Of a DNA stretch of 55,865 bases, positions 27,305 through 37,457 are shown one piece after another (within the stretch, counting starts at the first letter, position 1; the number at the start of each line of letters is the position of its first letter). Under the pieces are notes generated by a model, which saw only the letters and a program-made list of their open reading frames with translations, was not told where the DNA came from and searched no databases. This stretch comes from a bacterium (GTDB lineage Bacteria > Verrucomicrobiota > Verrucomicrobiia > Chthoniobacterales > JAFAMB01), in NCBI GenBank assembly GCA_046727075.1, contig JBKPBY010000182.1, positions 1-55,865 on the forward strand, read 5' to 3'. A program made the translations under genes and the position numbers.

Positions 27305-28256
27305 AGCCTTCGATGTCCCCAAAGAGGAAGCACGTAAACGGCTGGATCTTTTTTTGGCGAAACAGGCACCGCGCCTGTCAAGAGCCCGCATTCAACAACT
27401 GATCGCTGACGGCCACGTATTACTCAACGGGCAGTCGACCAGGGCCAGCCGGCCGGTTAAAGCTGGTGATGTCGTCACATTAAGCGAGCCGGCGCCTGTG
27501 CCGGTAGCGTTGGCTCCTGAGCCGATCGATCTATCGATTTTGTTCGAAGACGACGATTTGGTCGTCATCAATAAGCCGGCCGGCATCGTGGTACATCCGG
27601 GTGCGGGTGCACAGAGTGGCACGCTGGTCAATGCTCTACTTTTTCATTGCAGGAATTTGAGCGGGATTGGGGGCGAATTAAGACCTGGAATCGTTCACCG
27701 ACTGGATAAAGAGACCAGTGGCTGCCTTGTTCTCGCTAAAAATGACGAGGCTCACGCACGATTGAGCGCCCAGTTCGCGCAGCGCGATGTAAAAAAAGTC
27801 TATCTGGCATTTTGTGCGGGGCATTTCAGAAGAAAGAGCGGCGACATAACGGCTCCGATTGGACGGCATCCGGTGCATCGCAAAAAGATGGCTGTGGTAG
27901 AGCGCGGACGTGCGGCTCACACGCGATTTGAAGTGGTCCAAGAAGGCAAAAGCTGGTCGCTCGTGGTCTGTCAAATTTTCAGCGGAAGAACTCATCAGAT
28001 TCGAGTACATCTGCATTCGCTCGGACATCCGATTTTGGGCGATAAAGTTTATGGGAAGCACAAGGCGACGGAGGGCCGACATTTGCTTCACGCCTGGCGT
28101 CTGGGCTTTTTTCATCCAACGCACCAGAATTGGTTGCAATTTGAAGCTCAATTGCCCAACGATTTCCTGGAATTCGGAATCGATGAGCAGGTTATTGTTC
28201 GTACAAGGATTGGACTTGGTGATCGAAGCCCTGCAGAAGCTGCAGGGGCGCGATGA
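27297..28256 (+). CDS. rluD: RluA-family pseudouridine synthase (RluD-like)
   Basis: S4 domain, NKPAGIVVHP, HRLDKETSG and GRTHQIRVH. Confidence 0.9.
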   Translation: MVEAFDVPKEEARKRLDLFLAKQAPRLSRARIQQLIADGHVLLNGQSTRASRPVKAGDVVTLSEPAPVPVALAPEPIDLSILFEDDDLVVINKPAGIVVHPGAGAQSGTLVNALLFHCRNLSGIGGELRPGIVHRLDKETSGCLVLAKNDEAHARLSAQFAQRDVKKVYLAFCAGHFRRKSGDITAPIGRHPVHRKKMAVVERGRAAHTRFEVVQEGKSWSLVVCQIFSGRTHQIRVHLHSLGHPILGDKVYGKHKATEGRHLLHAWRLGFFHPTHQNWLQFEAQLPNDFLEFGIDEQVIVRTRIGLGDRSPAEAAGAR

Positions 28257-29001
28257 CGTGCGTGCTACCGCGAATTTGATTGAACGTATTGCTGAGTTGA
28301 GAGGAACCGGCGACACTGACCGGGCGGCGCCCGGGGACGCGGATTCCGTCTTTCACGACTGTTCACCGGCGCACGACAAATCGAACGTTGAAGCCCTGGC
28401 AGAGCTTCGTTCGGTGGCTTCTGTGTGCACGAAGTGCCCGCATCTTGCGTCATCCCGGCACACCGTTGTATTTGGCGTCGGGAACCCGAATGCGGATCTG
28501 ATGTTTGTCGGGGAAGCTCCTGGCGCCGACGAAGATTTGAGGGGAGAACCTTTCGTCGGGCGCGCCGGCGAACTGCTGACGAAGATCATACAGACCATGG
28601 GTTTCGAACGTTCGGAGGTTTATATTGCCAACGTTCTGAAATGCCGGCCCGATATGCCGGTCGGAACGGCGGGGAACCGGCAACCGACGGAGCAGGAAAT
28701 GGCTAATTGCCTTCCCTATTTGCGTCAACAGATACAATTGATTCAACCGAAGGTGATAGTCGCTCTGGGAGGCGTTGCGATGCGAGGCCTCTTTGGCAAG
28801 AACGAGCCGATGAAGAACCTGCGAGGGCGTTGGCATTCATTTGGCTCGGTCCCGGTAATGGCCACTTTCCATCCGTCCTACTTGCTTCGAAATCAGGCGC
28901 TTACCGAGAAGCGGAAAGTATGGGAGGATATGTTGCTCGTGCTGGAACGACTGGAGAGACCAGTTACGGAACGGCAGAGAAATTATTTCTTGAAAGGGTA
29001 G
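28183..29001 (+). CDS. Uracil-DNA glycosylase family 4 (Fe-S)
   Basis: CTKC, GEAPGADED, PFVGRAG, ANVLKCRP and HPSYLLRN; start uncertain (MSRLLF used). Confidence 0.92.
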   Translation: MSRLLFVQGLDLVIEALQKLQGRDDVRATANLIERIAELRGTGDTDRAAPGDADSVFHDCSPAHDKSNVEALAELRSVASVCTKCPHLASSRHTVVFGVGNPNADLMFVGEAPGADEDLRGEPFVGRAGELLTKIIQTMGFERSEVYIANVLKCRPDMPVGTAGNRQPTEQEMANCLPYLRQQIQLIQPKVIVALGGVAMRGLFGKNEPMKNLRGRWHSFGSVPVMATFHPSYLLRNQALTEKRKVWEDMLLVLERLERPVTERQRNYFLKG

Positions 29002-29193
29002 CGGTCGATTGCCCTCCGGAGATGTCTGAACTCCCACGATCGGTCGGGCTGATTAACGTGGTGCGATTTTTCAAACGGAGACGAAAAGTATGCGCATTTT
29101 GATGCTTACCAACAATATCCTTTGCAGGCGCGCGCTGATACTTTAGCGTGCATCTCTCGCCACTGAGAACTAACCAAAGACGGGGAAATAATT

Positions 29194-29796
29194 ATGGCAC
29201 TGTTAGGCTTTTTCGGACCAAGCAAAGATGATGTGTGGCAGCGTTTGGCCGATGAGGTTGGCGGGAATTTCTTTGAAGGAGGCTTGTGGCTTGGTGATAG
29301 CAAGGTACGGGCGCATGTCGACGGATGGCCGGTGACTTTGGACACCTACAAGGATTCGCATGGCGCAACGTTCACTCGGGTTCGCGCTCCTTATCTCAAC
29401 ACCGATAACTTCACTTTTGCCATTTATCGGGATCAAAGCTTTGACCACAAGGACCGATGGACAGATCGCGAAGATCTGGAGATCGGGCGGGCGTTCTTTG
29501 ACCAGGAGTTTGTGATCAAGAGTAACGACCTTCAGAAAGTGAAGGATCTGTTCAGTGACGACAAGCTGCGAGCTGCGTTAATCAAGCAAAGAGACATTTT
29601 TCTTCGCGTCCGTTTTGAGTCTGCCTGGTTTAACAAACAATATCCGAACGGTATGCATGAGCTTTCGCTGGAAGCGAAAGGCGAAATCAAAGATTTGGCC
29701 CGCTTGAAGGAGCTTTACATGCTTTTCGGAGAGACCCTCCACCAGCTCTGTCATATTGGCCTTGCGCTAGATAAGGATCCGGGAATCGTGATCTGA
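29194..29796 (+). CDS. Hypothetical protein
   Basis: 200 aa ORF with a plausible start; no motif recognised. Confidence 0.75.
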   Translation: MALLGFFGPSKDDVWQRLADEVGGNFFEGGLWLGDSKVRAHVDGWPVTLDTYKDSHGATFTRVRAPYLNTDNFTFAIYRDQSFDHKDRWTDREDLEIGRAFFDQEFVIKSNDLQKVKDLFSDDKLRAALIKQRDIFLRVRFESAWFNKQYPNGMHELSLEAKGEIKDLARLKELYMLFGETLHQLCHIGLALDKDPGIVI

Positions 29797-29798
29797 CT

Positions 29799-30326
29799 AT
29801 GCTGATCCGGAAACATTTAGCAATACTTGGAACGCTGTTTTTAATGAGCAGCAGTTTATTTGGCGCTCTATGGAAGTCTTCCGACTACAAATGCCAAGTC
29901 TATCTACCGGACGGGGAGCCACGGATTGACAAATGGATCACGCTCGGCTCAGTCGAACCGGGCACCCTGGTCGGCTCTAGAAACGTAGAGGGGACAATCT
30001 ATCTATTTTGCGGCTACGTCGATCTGGCAAAAGAGCCGAAAGTGCGCCATCTGGATGCAAAATCGATTGAGATATTGCAGAAGCGTTTTTTTGGTCCAGG
30101 CCAAGGGTTTTGGCATGGGTTGCAACGGATCACTCTGAACGGCATGAACGGGTTCCGGCTGACGGGCGATCAGGTTCACAGTGGGGGACATTATGGCCTG
30201 GTGGTGGATATGTACGAGGCTAATGGCCGGATCTATCAGCTAGCTGGGATGAAGCAAAATGACCAGCAGCCGTGGAAGGATACGAACATTAAGGTTTTCC
30301 TGGCAAGTTTCAGGGTGTTGAAGTAG
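29799..30326 (+). CDS. Hypothetical exported protein
   Basis: 175 aa, signal-peptide-like N-terminus, 2 bp after the upstream stop. Confidence 0.7.
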   Translation: MLIRKHLAILGTLFLMSSSLFGALWKSSDYKCQVYLPDGEPRIDKWITLGSVEPGTLVGSRNVEGTIYLFCGYVDLAKEPKVRHLDAKSIEILQKRFFGPGQGFWHGLQRITLNGMNGFRLTGDQVHSGGHYGLVVDMYEANGRIYQLAGMKQNDQQPWKDTNIKVFLASFRVLK

Positions 30327-30376
30327 CTGCGGGCCCGTGGCTGCGTGGGTTGTGACCGGTATGCGACGAATGGCAC

Positions 30377-31435
30377 TTATGGGGTTCGCAAGTCTTGGAT
30401 AAACTGGTCGACGTCACTCTCGGTGGTGTCCCAAGAGCACATGAGACGGGCGCCGCCGCCAGGGCCGACATCAGTATAGAATCGCCAGCCGCGGTTGTGC
30501 AATCTCGTGACGACATGGCCTGGCAGTTTCGCGAAGACAGCGTTTGCTTCGGTCGGGAACAGCACATTAATACCAGGGATGCTTGCCAACTGGGCGGCTA
30601 GTCGTTGAGCCATGGCGTTGGCGTGCTTGGCGTTGTCAAGCCATTGACTGTTCGCTAACAAACCCAACCATTGAGCAGCTAGAAACCTCATTTTGGCGGT
30701 GAGTTGGCCGCTCTGCTGCATCCGATAGAGAAATTCCTGTTCGAACGACCGATTAAAAAAGACGATCGCTTCACCAAAGGCCAATCCGTTTTTTATTCCT
30801 CCAAAGACGAGCACATCGACGCCCGCTTTCCATGTCAGCTCTGCCGGGGTGCAATTGGCGGACGCCGCTGCATTTGCAAATCGCGCACCGTCCACATGCA
30901 ACGCAAGTTCGTGCCGTTTGCATAAAGCCGAGAACTCCGCAACTTCCGCGGGCCGATAGATTGTCCCGAGCTCGGTCGCGTTGGTCAGACTCAAAACACG
31001 CGGCCGAGAGGAGTGTACCTCGCGAAGACCGAGAAATGCTTCGCCAACGGCGGACAGATCAATCTTACCATTTGGGCCCTCCACGACTCGGGTTTTGAGG
31101 CCGGGATTCAAAAAGCCGACGGCGTTACATTCATCCGTCTCGACATGGGAAAACCTGTGACAGATGACGCTGTTGTGACGCTCACAGAAGCTCCCGATGG
31201 CAAGTCCGTTCGCCGCGGTGCCACCCGATGCGAAGTATGTTTCACAATCTGTCTCGAAAAGATCGCAAAAGGCTTTTCTTGCCTGATTAGTGATCGTGTC
31301 ATCGCCGTAAGCGACCAAATGACCAGCATTGGCTGCCTGCAAAGCCTCCCAAACCGGGGGACAGACGCCAGCATTATTATCGCTCGCGAAATGACGTCGA
31401 TGATCGTAGTCGAAGTTGAGAAACGGGCTGGTCAT
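30377..31435 (-). CDS. Low-specificity L-threonine aldolase (PLP)
   Basis: FASDNNAG, GGTAAN, ETDECNA, TELGTIY, HVDGARFAN and GGIKNG. Confidence 0.92.
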   Translation of the reverse strand: MTSPFLNFDYDHRRHFASDNNAGVCPPVWEALQAANAGHLVAYGDDTITNQARKAFCDLFETDCETYFASGGTAANGLAIGSFCERHNSVICHRFSHVETDECNAVGFLNPGLKTRVVEGPNGKIDLSAVGEAFLGLREVHSSRPRVLSLTNATELGTIYRPAEVAEFSALCKRHELALHVDGARFANAAASANCTPAELTWKAGVDVLVFGGIKNGLAFGEAIVFFNRSFEQEFLYRMQQSGQLTAKMRFLAAQWLGLLANSQWLDNAKHANAMAQRLAAQLASIPGINVLFPTEANAVFAKLPGHVVTRLHNRGWRFYTDVGPGGGARLMCSWDTTESDVDQFIQDLRTP

Positions 31436-31487
31436 AAGTGGCAATAGGATACAGGTGGGAAGCGAGAGAGACAATGGGTGAGCGTAG

Positions 31488-31536
31488 CGGCGTGCCGGCG
31501 TATCGGCGTCGCGGCGGATCGGCGGATCGGTGTCGG
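31488..31536 (+). repeat. CGGCGNNN octamer tandem repeat
   Basis: CGGCGTGC CGGCGTAT CGGCGTCG CGGCGGAT CGGCGGAT. Confidence 0.75.
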
Positions 31537-31590
31537 CTCTTAAGCCAAAATGTCATTGAGCCGCGGGAGTGAGGTTTTTAGATTGGTGAT

Positions 31591-32040
31591 ATGAAAGTGG
31601 AGAATCTGCGGAGCCCTTATGACAAGGTTCGCGGGCTCTATAATTTCGGGCGGATGCTCGACAAAATACGGTTGCGCGCAGCGGGTAAGTTGCCTCCGGA
31701 CTACGTTCCGAACTGTGGCCTTCATAATGACGGAAAGACATGCGCGTTTCTGCGGATCAACTATGACGCTCTCGTCCAGCGTGTTCTTGAGGGCGGCTCG
31801 GACGAAGAAATCGCTGACTGGTGTTTCAGCCATGGAAGGAAGCCAACGGACGAAGAAATCGAAATGTGGAATGAATACATGCGGAAAATGGGCTGGCGCG
31901 ACCCGTTATCGAAGCGGATACAACAGCGAAAGATAGAAAGCGGTTTTGGGGACCGAGACGATATTCAGACCTCGTTTGACTATATTGAGCTGGACGAAGG
32001 GCGCGATCCAAAGGAGCGTAACGCCAAGTTTTCAGCCTGA
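31591..32040 (+). CDS. DUF5069-like protein
   Basis: LRSPYDKVRGLYNFGRMLDKIRL..G.LP.DY and FDYIELDEGR. Confidence 0.8.
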   Translation: MKVENLRSPYDKVRGLYNFGRMLDKIRLRAAGKLPPDYVPNCGLHNDGKTCAFLRINYDALVQRVLEGGSDEEIADWCFSHGRKPTDEEIEMWNEYMRKMGWRDPLSKRIQQRKIESGFGDRDDIQTSFDYIELDEGRDPKERNAKFSA

Positions 32041-32055
32041 ATTTCTCGGTCGTCT

Positions 32056-32667
32056 ATGGAAGAAGAAATGGTTTTAGTGGTTCGCCGATCGCTCTTGGAA
32101 TCGCTCAGCATGTTCCAAGGTTTAAATTTCGATGTGGGACATTACTTGCCGGTGTTCTTGTCCCGAGAAAACAATTTCTTCGCGCCACGGTCCTCGGCTG
32201 AAACCGATCCCAGCCTGAAACAGATCATCCCGTATGCTTTGATTGTCAGCGAAGGAAAGATCTTGCGGTACAAAAGGGGCAAGCGAGCCGGCGAACAGCG
32301 GCTGGTTTCCAAAGGATCTATCGGCATTGGCGGCCATATGAACGAGCACGATGAAGGCCTGTTCGCACTGGATGACCAAGCTTATCTGGCCGGTGTTTTG
32401 CGCGAGGTGCAAGAAGAAGTCCAGATCGCTCCACCAATCTCGAACCGGATTGTGGCTTTGCTCAACGATGATTCAACCGAAGTTGGTCAGGTACATCTTG
32501 GCGTTATTCACGTCATTACTTTGGCGCGCCCAATTGCCGAAAAGCGAGAGAGCGTAATCACGTCGCTGAAGTTTCTGACACCGGAAGAATTGCGCGCTGA
32601 GAGAGAAAGCCTAGAGGGCTGGTCGCAGATTTGCGTGGATCACCTCGAGAAATTGGTGGGAGCGTAG
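32056..32667 (+). CDS. Predicted NUDIX-family phosphoesterase
   Basis: AETDPSLKQIIPY, SIGIGGH, REVQEEV, GQVHLG and LEGWSQ. Confidence 0.8.
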   Translation: MEEEMVLVVRRSLLESLSMFQGLNFDVGHYLPVFLSRENNFFAPRSSAETDPSLKQIIPYALIVSEGKILRYKRGKRAGEQRLVSKGSIGIGGHMNEHDEGLFALDDQAYLAGVLREVQEEVQIAPPISNRIVALLNDDSTEVGQVHLGVIHVITLARPIAEKRESVITSLKFLTPEELRAERESLEGWSQICVDHLEKLVGA

Positions 32668-32693
32668 GGGTTCGGGCGTGGCACGGCACGAGC

Positions 32694-32735
32694 CTGAGTT
32701 GATCCGTCCGACAGAGCCTTGGCGACGTCGGAAGC
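32694..32735. repeat. REP-like palindrome (inverted copy) between convergent genes
   Basis: ctgagttgatccGTCCGACagagccttggcgacGTCGGA is the reverse complement of the 9861 and 16526 copies. Confidence 0.8.
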
Positions 32736-32744
32736 GTTCGTACG

Positions 32745-33662
32745 CTAAGACAGCGATTCCAGTTCGTCGATCTCCTTCCGATACGGCATCCCTGGTTGTG
32801 CACCTGCTCGCGTAACCTTGATTGAGGCGGCTACGCCAGCGCGTTGGGCAGCGTTCCGAAGAGGCAAGCCCTCGGCTATACTCGCTCCGAGCCAACCGAC
32901 AAAACAGTCCCCTGCTCCAGTTGTATCTACGGCCTTAACTTTGCGCGCTGGAAAATGATCGATGTTTTCGCCGTCGGAAATGGTGATTCCCTCCGCTCCA
33001 AGCGTCACAACGACCTGACGGCACCCTTGGCGGTGAAACCAAGTGATTGCCTTCCGGATGTCAGTTTCTCCACTCAACGTCGCGGCCTCATGTTCATTTA
33101 CCACGATAGTATGCAAACTTTCATAAATCGTCTTAGGCAGGACCCTGGCTGGCGCCGGATTTAAAACAAAAGGTTTGCGCTGTTCGTGACAAAGCCGTGC
33201 AACAGCTTCAATTGCGCCATCTCGAATTTCCAATTGGGAGATTACGACATCCGCAGTTTCAAATGCGTCGCGAGCGCTTGAAACAATTACCGAATCAACA
33301 AGCTCGTTGGCCGACCTCGCGACGGCGATCATGTTTTCGCGACTCTGGCTATCAATAAAAATGAGCGCCACGCCGCTTGTTGCATTAGGTAGACACTGGA
33401 AATATTTGGTTTCGATCCCTTCTTTGGCGAGTCGCTCATGTGCAGCGGCTCCATACGAATCCGCGCCGTGGGCTCCAACGAAGGTGACATTTGCGCCGGC
33501 CCTGGCAGCAGCTACTGCCTGGTTTGCGCCTTTGCCTCCACCGAACATCTGGAAATCGCCCCCGAGCACAGTTTCGCCTGGCCGAGGCAAGTGATCACAA
33601 ATGACAACAAGATCGGTATTTGAGCTACCGACGACTACAACGTTCCGGGGGTTATGAGGCAT
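32745..33662 (-). CDS. rbsK: Ribokinase
   Basis: VVGSSNTDL, GGKGANQAVAAAR, NEHEA and DTTGAGDCF. Confidence 0.92.
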   Translation of the reverse strand: MPHNPRNVVVVGSSNTDLVVICDHLPRPGETVLGGDFQMFGGGKGANQAVAAARAGANVTFVGAHGADSYGAAAHERLAKEGIETKYFQCLPNATSGVALIFIDSQSRENMIAVARSANELVDSVIVSSARDAFETADVVISQLEIRDGAIEAVARLCHEQRKPFVLNPAPARVLPKTIYESLHTIVVNEHEAATLSGETDIRKAITWFHRQGCRQVVVTLGAEGITISDGENIDHFPARKVKAVDTTGAGDCFVGWLGASIAEGLPLRNAAQRAGVAASIKVTRAGAQPGMPYRKEIDELESLS

Positions 33663-33749
33663 GCAGACGAGTGTGAATGCCGAGGAATGGCTAGATCAAG
33701 CGTCTTTCTGCGAAAGGCGATAGCGCGCGAGCCCCTGATCGGTAAAGCC

Positions 33750-35681
33750 TCACCGATTATACAGAAGAGCGCCATCCTCGGTTATTGGCGCCTTTTCTTC
33801 TCTTGCCCGGATTCCGCGCCAATATTTGAGGGGAATCATCGCGGCTGCCACAATGAGCAGCTGGCTGATGATGAAAAGCATCAACGGGCCAAAGGCGCGG
33901 TCCATGAATCCGTAGGAATGCAGACCGACTCCCAACATATTGACGCCAAACCAGGATAAGCTGGTAACGATGTTTCCAAAGACCGCAAGCGCGGCAATTC
34001 CTCGTTCGCGCGCGTAGCCTCCCCATCGGGCGTGAAGGATAATCGCATTCCAGAGAACAATTAGCAGCGCTCCGTTCTCCTTTGGATCCCAACCCCAGAA
34101 TCTACCCCATGATTGGTCCGCCCAGATCCCACCAAGGATCGTGCCAGTGAAACTGAATAGTGTGGCGAAACAGACGACCCCATAGATCATTCGGGCGAGC
34201 GATTTTGAGGTTTCTTGGTCGAAGGATTTGGTCAGCAATCCTCGCGCGATATAGACAATGCCAAGGAAACCAGACAAAAAGGTGGCGGAATAGCCAAGGG
34301 TTACGACAACGACATGCGTGGCGAGCCAAATGTTTGTGTCAAGAACGGCCCGCAACATCTCCAGGCTGTCGCCATCCCACTGCAGGTTCTGAGCTATCAG
34401 CAGGGTCAGGAAACCAATTGCCGATCCGCAAACGCTTCCGACGCCGTTTTTGTATAACCGTTCGAGAAACAGGCAGAAAAGGACTGCGCCCCAACCGACA
34501 AAAATAGCCGAGCTGTAAAGGTTGGTGACTGGAGGCCGCCCTTGCAAATACATGCGGGTTACCAGACCGGCTGTATGCAACAAGAAGGTAAAAAGAAGAA
34601 GTGTGACCGCAGTCCGGCCCAGGACATTGGGCCAAATCAGCCAAGAAAGCAGGGCAAACAGAAAGACCAATCCGTAAAGCAAGATCGCTTGATAAAAAGG
34701 CTGCGCATGATTGAAGAGAAACTCGAGACGCGGCCGGTTCAACTCTTCGGGCAGGGTCTTTTGCAAGTATTGTTGGTACTCTTGCAGGCCCTGATTGAAC
34801 GCGTTGCTGTCTCCTCCTTGGTAGGCAGAAATCAGTTTTCCGTACGCGGTCACCGGATAAGGAAGTTTCCCAGTCGCGATTGCTCTGAGCAGCGCTCCCG
34901 AAATGTGCTGCCATCGGTCACTGGTGATGCCATGTTCCGGGTCCAAGTTGTGTGGCAGCGATCCGCTGACGGCTGGGAATGCGTATGCGAACCTCACTTG
35001 GCTCAGCTTCTGATAACGATCTGTAAATAGAATAATGCGTTCAAAATCCTGCTGATCGAACGGCTTGTTTGCGTCGCGATTGCGAATAGCCTCCATGCCG
35101 GGCTCAATCGTCTGCTCAAATGCTTGAATTTCTTTTCCGAAATCAGGCGAATCTTCGGGCTGGAGAGTGTTTTTCAGTTGAATATAAAGGCGTAGACCTT
35201 CGCGTAGCTTTATGATCTCGCGCTGAAACTCGTCCCGGCTTTCAGCGTCGGTCTGCGATGCCAATCCGGCCTGCTCTTCGATTCTGGAGAAGAATGGTTT
35301 CAGGTCTTGAAACGAATAATGCAGGAATCCACCAGTCGCTTCACTTGATCCAAAAAGACTCAGGATGCCGGGTAACGCTTTAACTTCGAAAACCTTCGCA
35401 AGGTCGGCGTGCTCGGGCATCGCGAAAGTTTCGAGCAACCACTGACTCTGGGAACCGGTCAGCTTTCTGCCATCGCCAGAGTCATAAGTGCCATGATGGT
35501 TCATGGCCGAAAGCGAGACCCGGGCGAGCGTGTCCATCGGCATTACCCTTCCCCCTACCAGCACCGGAAGCTGGCCAAAGCCATCGACGTTAAAGCCCGG
35601 GTTTTGTCGCGCGGGCATCATCTTCGAGATGGCCCAGGCGGCGCACAACAAACAGATAATCCAGGGAAGAAACCGCTTCAT
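33750..35681 (-). CDS. ccsA: Cytochrome c biogenesis protein CcsA/ResC (system II)
   Basis: PPVTNLYSS, WLATHV, WADQSWGRFWGWDPKE and GLHSYG; start MKRFL overlaps the upstream stop. Confidence 0.93.
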   Translation of the reverse strand: MKRFLPWIICLLCAAWAISKMMPARQNPGFNVDGFGQLPVLVGGRVMPMDTLARVSLSAMNHHGTYDSGDGRKLTGSQSQWLLETFAMPEHADLAKVFEVKALPGILSLFGSSEATGGFLHYSFQDLKPFFSRIEEQAGLASQTDAESRDEFQREIIKLREGLRLYIQLKNTLQPEDSPDFGKEIQAFEQTIEPGMEAIRNRDANKPFDQQDFERIILFTDRYQKLSQVRFAYAFPAVSGSLPHNLDPEHGITSDRWQHISGALLRAIATGKLPYPVTAYGKLISAYQGGDSNAFNQGLQEYQQYLQKTLPEELNRPRLEFLFNHAQPFYQAILLYGLVFLFALLSWLIWPNVLGRTAVTLLLFTFLLHTAGLVTRMYLQGRPPVTNLYSSAIFVGWGAVLFCLFLERLYKNGVGSVCGSAIGFLTLLIAQNLQWDGDSLEMLRAVLDTNIWLATHVVVVTLGYSATFLSGFLGIVYIARGLLTKSFDQETSKSLARMIYGVVCFATLFSFTGTILGGIWADQSWGRFWGWDPKENGALLIVLWNAIILHARWGGYARERGIAALAVFGNIVTSLSWFGVNMLGVGLHSYGFMDRAFGPLMLFIISQLLIVAAAMIPLKYWRGIRAREEKAPITEDGALLYNR

Positions 35682-36832
35682 GCGATAACGCGACGCCTCA
35701 CAAATCCAATTAAGTGCATGGAGAACTGAACGAGCAGTCCAAAAATAATGACGCCGCACGATATATACGGCAGCAACCAGCTCGGGTTCTTGACAACTTG
35801 GAGAATGCTGGTCGTATCGTTGTTATCAAAACCGGCCTGGTAGAATGTTAGCCCACGGTACCGGAGCGGATTGTTCATGAAGATCAACGTCTCTCTCCCG
35901 CTCCGGGCCGTCGGATCTGAGATCCGGACTCGGCTGGAAAAATTCTTAGGGATTTCTGTCCCTGCGTACCGATCGTGGCTGAATTGAACAAGCTGAACCG
36001 AGAACGGCTTGTAATACCGCTTCGGACGCAGCACAAGCTGATAACTCTTTCCATCTGACTGGAAGCTTACGGGTCGGGGAAACGCTGAGGCCAGGCTCCA
36101 TGTTCCGACGGTCTCGCCATTTCGGATCACCGAGACATTCACCGAAGGCGTGTTCCGTTCATTCTGCTTATATGTTTTCGCTACTCGCGCAGCAACGGCC
36201 ATCGGCCCGAGTTGGAGATGCGGATAATTGGGCGATGGAAGTTGTGAGGGATTGATTAGGACCGAGTTCGGGTAAAAATCGTTGACGACGAGCCGTAGAG
36301 AGTCGACCGGCAGATCGATCTTGTTCCCACGAGAAAGCTTGGAGTCTGGTATCGAAACAACCCGATCAGAATCGTTGGCGTTCGTGTCGATCAACGCGAG
36401 TTCGTCGTGATAAAAGCCTTCGGAATAGTTTTTCGCCTCACCCTGATTAAGCCGTAGCTGGCTTTCCACTTGAAACAATCCGGTCAGCAATTGACCTACG
36501 AGCAGCAGAATCAATCCTGAATGTACCAGAAGAATTCCGGCTCTTTTCCATGAAAACTTGAAACGGGAAACGTGCGCCGCGATCAGGTTAATAAGCAACA
36601 GCCCGCCGATCAGATAGCCACCGGGGAACCAGGGAATTTGAAGCGTAGTCCGGGGCGGCGTGAAATACAGGAAGAAGCTTTTGAAATAACGATTCTGCGC
36701 CTCGTAGATCCCAATATGAACTTGATCCAGCGTACCGACGAAGACCAACACCATCGCGCAAGCCAGACAGAAGATGGTCAGCTTGAGAGAGGTCAATGGC
36801 TTAAGCCAATGCAGAATACTATTGCTTGTCAT
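35678..36832 (-). CDS. Cytochrome c biogenesis protein ResB/CcsB-like
   Basis: SLKLTI..GTL, GILLVHSGL, PKNFSS and MNNPLRYRGLTFYQ; adjacent to ccsA. Confidence 0.88.
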   Translation of the reverse strand: MTSNSILHWLKPLTSLKLTIFCLACAMVLVFVGTLDQVHIGIYEAQNRYFKSFFLYFTPPRTTLQIPWFPGGYLIGGLLLINLIAAHVSRFKFSWKRAGILLVHSGLILLLVGQLLTGLFQVESQLRLNQGEAKNYSEGFYHDELALIDTNANDSDRVVSIPDSKLSRGNKIDLPVDSLRLVVNDFYPNSVLINPSQLPSPNYPHLQLGPMAVAARVAKTYKQNERNTPSVNVSVIRNGETVGTWSLASAFPRPVSFQSDGKSYQLVLRPKRYYKPFSVQLVQFSHDRYAGTEIPKNFSSRVRISDPTARSGRETLIFMNNPLRYRGLTFYQAGFDNNDTTSILQVVKNPSWLLPYISCGVIIFGLLVQFSMHLIGFVRRRVIA

Positions 36833-37454
36833 TCGTCGACTTTGTTTTTGGTGGAGTAATCAATTCACCGCCCGGTTTTCCAAACCGGAAGGAACGCACG
36901 AAATCCTGGAATTTTGAACGTTGCTCTTCCAATAGCGTTGGGTCCCCTGTCATCTTCACGAACCAAGTACGATCAGACTGCGGGATAACGGCGCCTAAGA
37001 TTCGTGACGGCGTTGCAGCGTTTTCCGGGGTCTGCAGGTCGACAAAGTAGCACTCGACACCGTTGACGTCACTTTTTTGGATCGACTTCTCCAGATCGGC
37101 CTCGGGTAACGACTGCTGTTGCACCTGACCACGCCATCTATTCACGTTTGAAGCAATACCGCCCGCGTCGCCGGGGAATGCTGTTACGCTAATGTCGGCT
37201 GACCGACCGTTCGGGCCATTTACTTTGAAGCTACCAAGCCGCATCTCGGAGAGAGGTTCTGTCTGCCATCCCTCCGGCTTGGTCCAAACCGGTTTGGCCT
37301 CCGGCGCAGGCGGCACTAGTCCAGGAGAGCTATTCTCGAGCGCGACTTGCTCTTTAGGAATCCGGTAGACCTCGATCTGTTGATTGTCGCAGGAAACCAA
37401 TAGGAGACAGAAGACAGGAGACAGAAGACAGAAGAAATAAGCCACCTTTCTCAT
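36819..37454 (-). CDS. Hypothetical lipoprotein linked to the ccs genes
   Basis: LLVSC lipobox; WTKPEGW, NVNRWRGQV and WFVKMTG. Confidence 0.8.
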   Translation of the reverse strand: MRKVAYFFCLLSPVFCLLLVSCDNQQIEVYRIPKEQVALENSSPGLVPPAPEAKPVWTKPEGWQTEPLSEMRLGSFKVNGPNGRSADISVTAFPGDAGGIASNVNRWRGQVQQQSLPEADLEKSIQKSDVNGVECYFVDLQTPENAATPSRILGAVIPQSDRTWFVKMTGDPTLLEEQRSKFQDFVRSFRFGKPGGELITPPKTKSTNDKQ

Positions 37455-37457
37455 ATC

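Noticed and set aside
27910-28182. Long UDG N-terminus overlapping rluD
   Set aside because: Alternative frame of the rluD sequence, with no UDG features
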